DNA of 64,000 nucleotides from Podarcis filfolensis. Lineage: Eukaryota. A program made the translations under genes and the position numbers. The stretch lies in NCBI GenBank assembly GCA_964270895.1, contig OZ185442.1, one strand, 5' to 3'. Shown here in pieces: positions 11,733 through 23,200 of the stretch (its first letter is position 1; the number at the start of each line of letters is the position of its first letter). Under the pieces are notes generated by a model. That model was not told the origin of the DNA and made no database searches. It saw only the letters and a list, made by a program, of their open reading frames with translations.

Positions 11733-12924
11733 CTTTGCAGTTTGGGATCAGGCCATCAAAATACATGAGTTAAAGTCCTCTGTTCTCGTTGTCTCTGCAG
11801 AGCACCTGGGAGCTGGCCTTGTTGCAGCTGCAGCTGCCTTGGCACTTCTTGACCATCCACCTATTTCGCGCTTCTTCTGGTGCCGCCTGGCTCTCAGCAT
11901 CAACCCTCCTCCTCCTCCTCCTCCTCCAGCCCTACAACTGCAATTTGAAATCAGCTCTTCCTGTTTGACCAGCTCTCCAGGCTCTAGAACAAAGGGCCAA
12001 ACTCCACCTTCTCCTTCCCGCAGGAAATGTGATTCACCTCCCAAACCCCACCCACTCTGGAGTTCCTTGCTCCAGCCTTCCTGACTTGCTCCCCAGGTAT
12101 GTCAGCTTGACTTAACATGCTCAGACTCCAGTGGCTTGTCTGATCTAAGCTTCCCACCCTGCCCCCTCTGCATGCTTTTCACTGCAAGAGTTTTGGTATT
12201 TATTTCTCTCCCTCCCATCTGCAAAACATTTGAGACAGAAAATGTGGCTTTGAAAAGCTCATGTGCATTCCAAAATAGAATCAGGAGTGTCATTCCAGAG
12301 CAGTAACTTGAATATCTTTTGATCAGCCCTGCATTTCAAGGTGCCCAAACTTGCAATTCCGGATGTCACAAATTCGAAGGCAGCAGAGTCAGGTGCACAA
12401 CAATCTTTCTGCAGGTCTATTCTTAGGGCCATTGGCTTCTTGGATTCACTTTGCTGTAGTGCCACCACCATTTGCCAGACAAAAATACACACACAGCAAT
12501 TTGTAGTTCTTATAGTAGACTACGCAGCCAGCACTGCTCTCACAGAAGCCACTTGGTCCCATTCCTCACACGCTCTGGAAAACCAGACCATAGTGCCCAC
12601 CTTCCAACCTCCAGAAGTGCTTTCGAGTCAGAATTTCTTTGTGAGGATTCATGCAATTGAGTTATTGTAGCACCTTGTGCATTTCGTTTTCTGCAACTGT
12701 GCTTAGAGGAAACTGCATATTTACTGCTCTTTCCCTTTGTTTGTTGTAAAACATTTGAAAATGGTATCTTTTAAAAGTTAATATGTTTACCAAGAGATGC
12801 AGGAAGGGCGAGGAGCAAGCAGGCGCACAAACATCTGGTGCTCTTCTAAGGCAACGTGAGCCATACCACCAACAGCAAGTGTGCTCTGGTAATTTCCTAA
12901 GGCTGGCTGACTGGCTAGCTATCT

Positions 12925-13115
12925 AATTTTATATCACCCTCCATCTGGAGATCTCAGGGCACTTCAAAGCATAAAAATACAAGATAAAAACACAAAATAC
13001 ATAATAAAAACAAAAACAACCCAATACCTCCCCCCACAAAAAATCCCCACATTTAAACGGATATAGTATGTTTATCAGCCAAAGGCTTGGTTGAAGACTT
13101 CTCTTTGTCAGCCAA
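12925..13115 (-). mobile_element. L2-type 3' end fragment
   Basis: TTTTATATCACCCTCCATCTGGAGATCTCAGGGC followed by an A-rich tract, typical of the reverse strand of squamate L2 tails. Confidence 0.6.
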
Positions 13116-13119
13116 TTGA

Positions 13120-13426
13120 CTCCCAGTATGTTTCCGAGCACAATTCAAAGTGTTGGTGCTGACCTTTAAAGCCCTAAACGGCCTCGGCCCAGTATACCAG
13201 GCAGAGGGCCTTCTTGGTAGTGACGCTCGCCCTGTGGAACGCCTTCCCATCAGATGTCAAGGAAATAAACAACTATCTGACTTTTAGAAGACATCTGAAG
13301 GCAGCCCTGTTTAGGGAAGGATTTTAATGTTTGATGTTTTGTTGTGCTTTTAATATTGTGTTTGGAGCAGCCAAGAGTAGCTGGGGAAACCCAGCCAGGT
13401 GGGTGGGGCATAAATAATAAATTATT

Positions 13427-13466
<40 letters not shown>
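13120..13466 (+). mobile_element. Young L2 3' fragment with (GTT)n tail
   Basis: FRAQFKVLVLTFKALNGLGPV and ALWNAFPSDVKEINNYLTFRRHLKAALF are L2 ORF2 C-terminal segments; they appear joined by an internal deletion near 13196; (GTT)n at 13428-13466. Confidence 0.85.
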
Positions 13467-13551
13467 GAGAACCTGAACTCACCTGCCCTGTCTGTATGTC
13501 TCTTTTACCCAATTCCAGACTGAGGTGAGTGAAGAGAGAGCAAACCACTTA

Positions 13552-13737
13552 GGAACATATAGGAAGCTGCCTTATCTGGAATCAGAATATAGGCCCAGCT
13601 AATTCAGTGTTGTCAGCAGTGACTGGCTCTCCAGGTTTCAAACAAGGGACATTTCCTTACACCACCTGAAAATGAAATGGGTTGAACCTGGGATCTTTTG
13701 CATACAAGCAGGTGCTCTGCTACTGAACTATGCCCCT
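13552..13737 (-). mobile_element. tRNA-derived SINE (Squam2-like); related copies at about 24835-25040 (+), 51640-51790 (-), 57425-57540 (+)
   Basis: Minus strand reads GGGCATAGTTCAGTAGCAGAGCACCTGC...CCCAGGTTCAACCC (A/B boxes) and ends GGCAGCTTCCTATATGTTCC. Confidence 0.7.
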
Positions 13738-15861
13738 TGTTTTCTTCCTTTGCTGCATGGCTTTTAGCTTTTCCATCTCGTTCACCAATAGGAGAGTTTG
13801 GCTTGCACTGCAGATTCTGGGATAATCAGGATACTATCAACGCCCACCAGCTAAGTGCCTTCAGCTATTAAGCTGTAACAGAAACCTCAAGAGGTTGCCA
13901 ATTTTTCACATCACAACAGAAAGAGATAGAACAGACTCATAGAGCTGGGAAGGACCAAAATGCCTAGTTCCAAGTGTCATCCATTCCCCAAGGCCTCCCT
14001 CAGATCTCCAGGCAATCCAAATCACAAGCAGAGAAATTTCAGGTACTCACAGAGGCCTAGTTTCAGAGGACTCAACAGAGCAAGTGAAGCTGCATTGCAA
14101 GGAAAATGAAAGCACAACATCACCACATGCACATCCCGGTATCATAACCAGTCTGGGCTAGAGGGAGATTCCTTCTTAAACACAAGGTAATCAGAGTGCT
14201 TCAAGAGGATTTTTTGGTGGGAGCTGCTGAAGGTCAAGGGTATTTTGACATTACACTCAGGGAGTCTCCAAATTTCCCACATCCTTAGTTATAATGTTAA
14301 TACCATGTGCAGAGGCTACTCACTACCAGCACATACAGTCATTCAGCAGCAGGGAAGGTGGGGGGGGGGGAGAGATAGGATTGCAGGGCCTCCCTGTCCA
14401 CTCTGCTTGAAGATTAGCTCCGTCAGGCTCCTCCTTCAGCTGTTATCTACAGCAACCATTCCACCAGGCTGTAGAAGTGAGATGGGACTGTGGAGCCTCT
14501 CAACTAGCATTACTGGAAGACAAGCAACTTTTGGCTCCTCTTCTCCTTGAAATATTTTCATTTTAGCTGATCAGTTAAGGAATAAATAGCACCTGAGTTT
14601 ACTTTTTTCCACCCTCCTTCCCAGTCTGTTTTCCTTTTGATTCATGTATTGAGATTGCAAGCCTGGGGGCAGGCACTAACATTTGTTAAGTGCTCTGGGA
14701 GCCTTTTTGGGGTGAAGAGCAGGATAAAAGCGCATTAACACAGAATTATTCTCTGTCATGCCCTGCTTGTGAACTTCCTGGAAAGATTTGGTCACCACTG
14801 TGGGAGATAGATAGGGACTGGTCTAGCAGTACAGATCCTGTGCCTTATTCTCTCACCACGCATAGGGCTGCTATCAGAATTCAAGCTGTGTGTGGGTTTT
14901 TTGAGAACTTACATTGTAACTTCTGTATTATCTTCTACATGCCACCATCACTGGTATGTCAGGGACACAGTCAATTATTCACATCACCAGTATCCTGACA
15001 GTCATTCATTACTAGGTTCAACTCAGATAGCACCCCATCCATTTCTGCACAGGACTACCAAACTGGTGCTGCTCTGTACTGCTGCTCCTTCTCTTTCTAA
15101 TTTTAGAATGGAGCAGTAATGACAGCTATTTCCTCTCCTTGATTGCACTTGTTTTAACTGCTCTGCTCCAGAGCTCATTAAGGAGAAAAATGCTGAAATA
15201 TTTAGAAATTCAAACAGCAGTTTAACAGTTGGGCATCTTGCATAAGGCTACAAGAATAGAAGTGTAGGAAAATTTGGCTGTAAAGTGCTTCAGTCATGAA
15301 TTTTGTATTGTGGAGGCAGCATTCACAACTAGCCCTTGAACTAGAGTGCAAGGAGGATGCAGGCTTCAGGCCGGATGCAGGTGTCTTGTCCTGTGCACAC
15401 AACACTTTGTATACCAGATACCAGAAACTGCCCGGGCAAAGAGAATGGGAAACTCGGTTTTGGTTACTGAACAGTGAACTGCTGAACAGTTAAGTCAGAG
15501 CAAGTACATGGTACTGGATCCTCAGGACCTATACCACTTCAGAATGAAAGTAGTTGTCACATTTTTAATACATATAACATCCCAAACATGAAAGCTAGTG
15601 TTATCAGGAGAAAGTTTCCACTTTCTACATGCAGGAAATGTTTGACACTGGGGAGCTTTCAAATACGCAAAACAAACCCCCAAAGGCTTGAGGGAATTGT
15701 ACCACACGGTATTCCTACATATTTGGATCTCCACTTTGCCCTCTGAGAGGCTTTCACTCTAAACACCTCTGCATGAAGGGTTAAGGGTGTGTGGGTGGAT
15801 GTGCATGTGCGCACAGAAAAGCAAAGCTGCTTATACAAGGACTAACAGGATGTGAGAGTCA

Positions 15862-15863
<2 letters not shown>

Positions 15864-15902
<39 letters not shown>

Positions 15903-15929
15903 CACTCACTCACTCACTCACTCACTCAC
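15864..15929. repeat. Compound (AACT)n(CACT)n microsatellite
   Basis: Direct inspection. Confidence 0.97.
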
Positions 15930-16499
15930 ATTTCCCAAAGAGCCTCCTTCACCTTTATGCTTCTGCTATCTTTCGCAGCCTTTTACACGCATTCCTGTTA
16001 TACAATGTGGGAGTACCCAGTGGGGCTATTGCTACATGACATACATCTGTTCCACTTCAGCCCTCCAGTCACTTGCCACACTCCAGTTGCAAGCTGCATC
16101 AAGCTTTCCTCTGGACTCATTTCCTTCAGGCTATGCCTCCTAAATGAAGTGTATTGTTGTCAAGTGTCCTTATCACTTCAATAGTCTCAGAGCATTGAAC
16201 ACCACAGTATCACTGAGTGCTCTGTCATGATGCAAAGCAAACTTGCAACTGCAGGGACCTAAGCAGCCTCTGGAGGGCAGCAAATTCAAACTTTCACCTT
16301 ACTCTTGTTGGAAGTATGTGTGCCACACCCAGGCTTCTACACAACAGCACTAATCAGACTGAGTTAGAGGTACATCACTTATATTTTAGGGCAAGGAACA
16401 AGCTTTACCAAGGCAGGAGCGCAACAAGGAAAATTCAGAAGAACTTACTAGTCCTATGAAAAGGGAGGACAGGATCCACTATGAATGGCAACAGGAATC

Positions 16500-16505
16500 T
16501 TTATT
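16500..16505 (-). terminator. RNF19B: RNF19B polyadenylation signal AATAAA
   Basis: TTTATT on plus, 300 nt downstream of the RNF19B stop. Confidence 0.75.
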
Positions 16506-16805
16506 AAAGGCGTTCTTTAGGCGTATGTTTGGCAGACATACGATGTACACGCACACTTTTATGTACACTCTTACACAACTCACAGAGCATCACCAAGCGC
16601 TTGAACCAATAAATTAAAAAAAAGAGAGAGATCAAGGGTTTATTATCGTGTAAGAAATGCCATTTCCCCAGAGTCAGGTTAGGGCAGCAGTCTGGGGAAT
16701 CAGAAACAAAAGCCAACAATGACATAATCACCCCCACTCCTGGGTGGCCCTCACCATAGTAGAGGCAGTAACAATCAGTGTGCTTCTTCTCAGGAGAGAG
16801 CGGCC

Positions 16806-17262
16806 TCATACTCGGGCCTCAATGCACTCCAACGTAGAGACTCTCTCCTCTGGCCTGTGCCCTTCTGCTTGGGCACACTGGCCAATATGGGCACTTGGGC
16901 TCTCAGCACCTCTGGCGTTTGGGGGATGCAGGCAGGCAGCAGTCTGGGGATAGGGGGAATCACATTCATCAGAGGTAATGTCAGGCACATCGTCCGACTG
17001 ACTGTCTGAGCTCTCCAAGTCACTTCGGATGCTTTCAGGCTGTGCTAGAGTGATGTCCCAGGTTTTGCTAGCAATGCAGTCTTTTTGCTCACAGCTTTGG
17101 TGGTTGCACATCTGCTCCTGCTCTTCTTCTGCTTCCTCCTCCTCATTCTCTGCCATCTGAGTGTGAACATGGAGAGAATCCTCTGTGCTGCTCCCACTAA
17201 CAAGCTGGTAATGGCTCGGCTTGGTCTCTATGTCCACCTGGATCTCCATATTATTACACTCT
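16806..17262 (-). CDS. RNF19B: RNF19B exon 9 ([12 protein letters not shown]...EARV*)
   Basis: CCTTCCACAG acceptor; TGA at 16808-16806. Confidence 0.95.
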
Positions 17263-20200
17263 CTGTGGAAGGAGGAGCCCATGTGAGTTCTAGGATACAA
17301 CTTTTATTTCAGAACTATTTATTGCAATTCTGAAGTTCTGGCAAGCTGACATTTCTAATATAGTTTTTTAAAAAACCTACTACAAAATAAACAGTATAAT
17401 ACATGAACAAGGCCCCACAACATATTGCTATGTATCCCTGATGTGTGTGCGCTACCTGAGCCTGTGGCTAGAAAAAACCCAAAATGTTAGCATCAACAAC
17501 ATTAAGTCACTGCTCCAATGTGGGTCCATATGTGTGCACAAAAACACACACTTAGACACATAGACAGACGGATGTTTTTTAAACACTGACAAAGTGCAAC
17601 CATAAGAAGAAACCCTGCTGGATCAAGCCAAAGGCTCATCTAGTCCTGCTCTGAACCTCACTCTTGCAGCCTGCAACAGGGGTACACCCAATTCAAAATA
17701 ATGAGATGGCTAACTCCTGCAAGTGATTTGAACTGCCATCTTGAGTTTCAGCAGCCTTCCCTGATTCTAGGTTACACACAAAACTAAAGAATCCTGAAAA
17801 CATTCCACATAACTTTATGCAAAAGTTGTTGCTTCCCACTAGGTGCTGCAAGCCTATAAGAGCAGGCAACAGTTGAAGTACACTGAGAGCACATAGAAAT
17901 ATGTTAGCTGAAACAAAGTGGCAAGAGAGGTACAGTGGACCCTCGGGTTACATTACCTTTGGGTAACGTAACGTTTGGGTTGCAAACATGGCAAACATGA
18001 AAATGTATACTTCCAGGTTTCGCCGTGTGCGCATGCACAGAAGCGCTCTATCGCGCCGTGTGTGTGTGCAGAAGCGGCGCCTCATGTTACAGACTTTTCG
18101 GGGTACGTACGGACCCCCGGAACGAATTAAGTACATATCCTGAGGGTCCACTGTATCTGAAAATTTACTCTTTAAGTTAGTCGCAGAATAATGAAGTATC
18201 CAGTATGTGTATTCTTATGTCTTAGCTTCCGGTTAATTTTTCACTACACATTAATCAGCCCCTGTAGCTAAATACTTCTGAATGATCTGCAGAGAATGAT
18301 AGTCAACAAAGTCCACACCAAGTCACATTCATCCAACTTTCCATCCAAATCTGCCATACAAGAAAAGGCTCTTCTCACTAAATGAAGTTTTCCATAGAAA
18401 ACAAGTTATGGTGACCTCCGGCCAACATCTGTTGACAAGATCAGAACAAAAATGATGGGCTTTCTTCAGAGACCACTGACCCCATTACAAACACAAACTA
18501 ACTGCATTAACATACCTGTCTTGGGGGTTGTAAGAACTAATGATGGAGCCTGCCATAGCTCGCGTGCTGGCATTGTCACTGATGGCTCCAAGGCTGACCG
18601 AGTCCTTCGGGAAAATCTCTTTCTGGACATCAGCCTGCACTTCCAGCCTGGGCAAGGGACAGGCATTTATTAGGTTCTTTATACTAATGTAGCTCTCCCA
18701 CCTCACTTGATGTTTGACTACACAAAGGAGTTATTTAATTCACAAGAATTAAGCATAAAGTGATTCAGTTTTAAGCAACAACTTATTTTGCTGAATTTTG
18801 CTTTGCCTGTTTTTCTCTAGAACAGGATTAGGTCATGTCTGTGGTCATGACTAACAGTTCCTGTGTAGCACGTTCCCATACATTCTACAGTCAAATTCTC
18901 GGCTGTATATTTGGTGCTGGATAGAGATTTGATTACACAGCTGCCTATTTCAGACACTGAATCAGAGGAACAGACCTTATAACCTTACGATTCAGGAGGC
19001 AAGCTTTCTTGTCATTGTGCCTATGGGATGTTAAAGCATGCAAGACAATGCATGACGAAAGGACAGAAAAGACTTAACCCAATTCATTTTTATTTCTAAT
19101 CTAAAAGAACCATGAAGTAAGAACAGGGGACATTCTTGCATGGGAACACCTAGCTTGGGGTTGTGCAATACAAGCAAACTAGGTTTACTTATGACTGAGT
19201 CTCAAACCCATGATATCACACACAGGTGCTGTAGCCTAAATGAACTTTTAATTACCTGCTGTACTTTCCTTTCCCTCCCAAGAGGACTCCACCGCTCAGG
19301 GTGCCCCCTGAGAGCGCAGCAAAGCTGGCTGTCTCACTGTAGTTGCCCTGCATGACACTGAGCCCATCAGTAGGGCTCCCACTGGTGCTCAGTACACTGG
19401 TAAGGCCTTCAATGCTGCTTTCCCCAATGCTGGGATTCTTCAGAGCCCTCCAAGCATCCGCCACTAGAGACCATGAAAAATATAAGAAGGAACATAACAC
19501 AAAAGGTGACTAGACAGCAGCATTCCTACATTAGCCAATTAAGTTCTATGTAAACTAGCATACCTGGAAGCAAAACAATGAAGCTGAATGAATCTAGTAG
19601 TTTTAAATATTTTCGTCCCTATCAGTTTGGAGCAGCAAGTGAAGAATATGTACAAAGTAATGTGTTTGTAATGTTAGCAAGAAAGAGAAAGAAAATCAAA
19701 CTGACCTTACAAGTTCACCCCATCAATTATCTAACCCTTCCACTTGCCCCTGGATACAGCTGTTAAGCACAGTCCTAGTTGTTTTTCCCCAATAAGATTA
19801 AAAACACAGTTACTTCTTTACCTGTAATTGGCCCATCATCTTCATCAAACTCGATTTTGACTCCTTTCCCATTGGCTGTGCTAACTCCACAACCGCCACC
19901 ACGACACAAAGAAATTGGCACGACTCCATAGACATATGCCAACATAATAGGGACTCCAATACCTGGAAAAAAAGAATAAAAGTTAGTAGGAAACCAGAAT
20001 CCTACAAATACAGGTACATGTCCTCTCTGCACATTCTTCAAGGACAGGATGAGTGACATCTCGCTCAGTTATCTTCTTACCACCATGAAAGTGCTTAGTC
20101 AGAGACTAAGAACACTATCAACCGGAGAGAAGAGTAGTTTGCATAGATTACACAGATGGCTACTAGAAGAACAGCAGTAACATGTAAGTAGCTTGCCTTT

Positions 20201-23200
20201 CTTTCTTGCAGTTTGTGTGCTATTCCATAACTGAGTGATTGAAAACCTCAGGAGAATGTCTCTTTCAACTGCAGTACCAGCACAAACTTTCACATCAAGG
20301 ATTAAGTGAGCATAGTGGGAGCTTTGTAGTATAACAGAGACACCCAGGATATACTGAGAAAGTAGCCATTTCTCAATTGAGATTTGTGATTATAGGCTGT
20401 TTGACCAACTAGCAAAGCATGAAAGTTGAAACAACCAAACAAGAGAGCTTTGAAACCAGTTTGCCTTTGCACTAAGTCACAACAAACATTTTATTCTAGC
20501 AAAAATCCTTGATTCTATGAAGATAGAAGACAATTATGAAACTGACACCCAGTGTGTGCAAAGCAAACTTCCTGTCATTGTGGGTGGGGGAGGCAGGGAG
20601 ATGAATGACTTTATATCTCGACTAAGGTAAAAACAGGAAATAGATTTCAATGAAAGGTGAGGTCTGGTTGACAAATCACCTTGTCCTCGTGAAAGGCAAA
20701 GCTTAGCAAGAGAACAGGGATAAATAAAATTCTTTTAAAAACGTAATTGTTAAAGAGTGAGAAAATGCTGATCTATGGCAGGACTGAGGTGGAGGAACAT
20801 GGGTCCAGAGGTAAAATATCAAACATTAAATATGACACAGGGTCTAAACTTTAAGAAGTAGTAAATATACAAAAGTCTATCCATTTTGCATAAGAAGACC
20901 TCCAAGTGGAAGGGTTCTGTTCATTCAAAAATATCAAGTTTACTTCCTTGGAGGTTATTTGGTTGGGATGTATCTACTAAACTGTGAGATCAAGGGACTG
21001 TAAAGTATGGTGAAGAGTTCTGATATTCTTCTCAGCCTATGTCAGATTAGAAATGGAAGCATCTGTACTTGTTGTTCTGGGCACAGTGAAAAGACTCTTA
21101 GCGCTGTAGAGATAGCAGATAATACCAGTAGCAGGTATTGTGAATCACAACAAGAGATCTATAGAGTTGCAGTGGATATTAATGTCAAAGCAAACATCCT
21201 CTAGATCTATGAATGGAAACCATATCAAGGGTATCAGCAAAAGAAACCATATAAATCTACTGGGCATGGATAAAGGAAGCAGAGCTGCTTCTTTTTGAAA
21301 GCATGCTCTGTTGCTTGGACACAGTTGCCTATTTAAGTAATGTTAGGGAAGGTATTGACCAAGGCTCATTTTCAAGGAAAGACACACAACTTTTTATTGA
21401 GTTATTATTTCAAGCAAAGAAGGGAGTAACAATGTTCAACCTCATTCAGTATGGCTTATTGTAAAAGATGCTGTGGTACTACAAAAGCTGGAGGGCACCA
21501 TGTTGACTGCCCCTGCTATAGAAAACAGAGGTGGTACATGGCAACATTAATATAAGTGATAGAAAACTCCATAACTATATAGGGACAACGAGGAGAAAGA
21601 TAGTTTTGTTTTTCTGAGCTCTCTCAAAGGAAGTCCTTGGCTGTACCACTTCCACAATGCCAGAAGATTATTGAGCAGAAAGGAATTCACCACCACTCCG
21701 CAAAGCATGAACACTGACCACCACCACCCACCCCAAGTTCTGCAGATGCTCTGCAAAGGCACTGCATTGCATCCTGAACTGAAATATATGTGTTCCATGT
21801 AATTAAATTATAACCCATCTAAGGAGTGTTGGGGTTTGGAAATTCTTAACGCCACTGTCAGACTGTGCTTTCTAACACAGAACTCATCTACTTACCTACA
21901 CTGACAGCAGCAATGACAGGCGATGCAATCACAGATAAGGTTACTCCACCAGTGATGGCCAGGTTCCTCTTGTGCTTAGAGGTTTTTTTCCCCTCATACC
22001 TGCTATGAATCTGATATAAGAAGAATCAAGGATAAAAACAGGCAATGCAACACAAAAGAAGAATGGCATTCTAGGAAGATGTTACCTATTGCGCTCTTAA
22101 TAGTTTATAGCAGAGATGGATTCTCCAGAAAAAAAGAAGAGAGGCTGAAGGACTCTCTAGAGGTGGAAGTCTCACTCTGTCCATAACTGGACAGGCTGGC
22201 AGAAATCAGAGCAGGGACCATCAACAAGAATCAATGCCACAAAATCAGCAGCAACTTCAATGAAACTTACTAGGCATGCAAAGCCGCAGGCAATATGCAG
22301 TTGGGCTGGCCACACACGTGGTCTAAGGAAAGATTACCCACCCCAGGTCCCACAATGCAAACTTCAATTATCACTGAGATCTCTCCACCTCCAACCTAAG
22401 AGTAGCCTCCTGGATCTATCTATAGGCCCTTCTAGTCCAGCATCTTGTTTCTCAGTAGCCAACCAGATGCCAATGGGAAGTCCACAAACAGCTATGTGTA
22501 CAAAAGCCCTCCTCCACTGTCATTACCAATGATTGATATTCAAAGGTATGGTGTAATATACTGTATGGTCCCTCTTAACTATCAGGGGAACCACCACCAC
22601 TTCTGCACCTCCCCTCCCCCCTGCAAAAAAAACCATCAGCCTTGTAGTTGGATTTAATTCAGCGTATACAGTTATTATTCTTACCTTTCTCCCAACATAA
22701 ACCGGGATTCCAATGACCATGGCTGGAATGGCAATGCCAGCAATGAGGGAAATACCCACTGGGGCACCAATCAATGTTCCGAGCTGCCAGAGAATCTTCT
22801 TTTTACGACTCCATGGCTTCTTGCCCCAGAATGTGCAACCAGAAGGGCTGCAAGAGATTTTATATTTGATCTTCAGAGGAACAAGAATCAAAAATGGGGG
22901 GAAGGCAGACACCTGCCCACAAAGGTTCTACCAAACCTCTCCCCTCCTCTTCCTGTCCAAGTAGCTAAAGGTGTGTCTACAGCACAGATGGGGAACTGTT
23001 TCGACTCTGCGGCAGCGTTAGAAACTGAGATATGAAAGCTAGGAGCTAAATGGCACCTTAAATCTAGGTTATGCACACAACAACAGAATATCTAGGTGCG
23101 CTTTTTTAATAACAAGAATACAAAAATGAAAATGAATGAACTGCAGCTAAAAGTCTTATGTTCATTTTTCACATGGTCTAGTCCTCATCTGAAGACTGCA

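Noticed and set aside
14600-14680. Possible alternative last exon of RNF19B (CCCCCAG|G CTT GCA ATC TCA ATA CAT GAA...)
   Set aside because: Only a loose resemblance to my recollection of a short mammalian C-terminal isoform; frame and stop do not match, and it lies beyond the main polyA signal.
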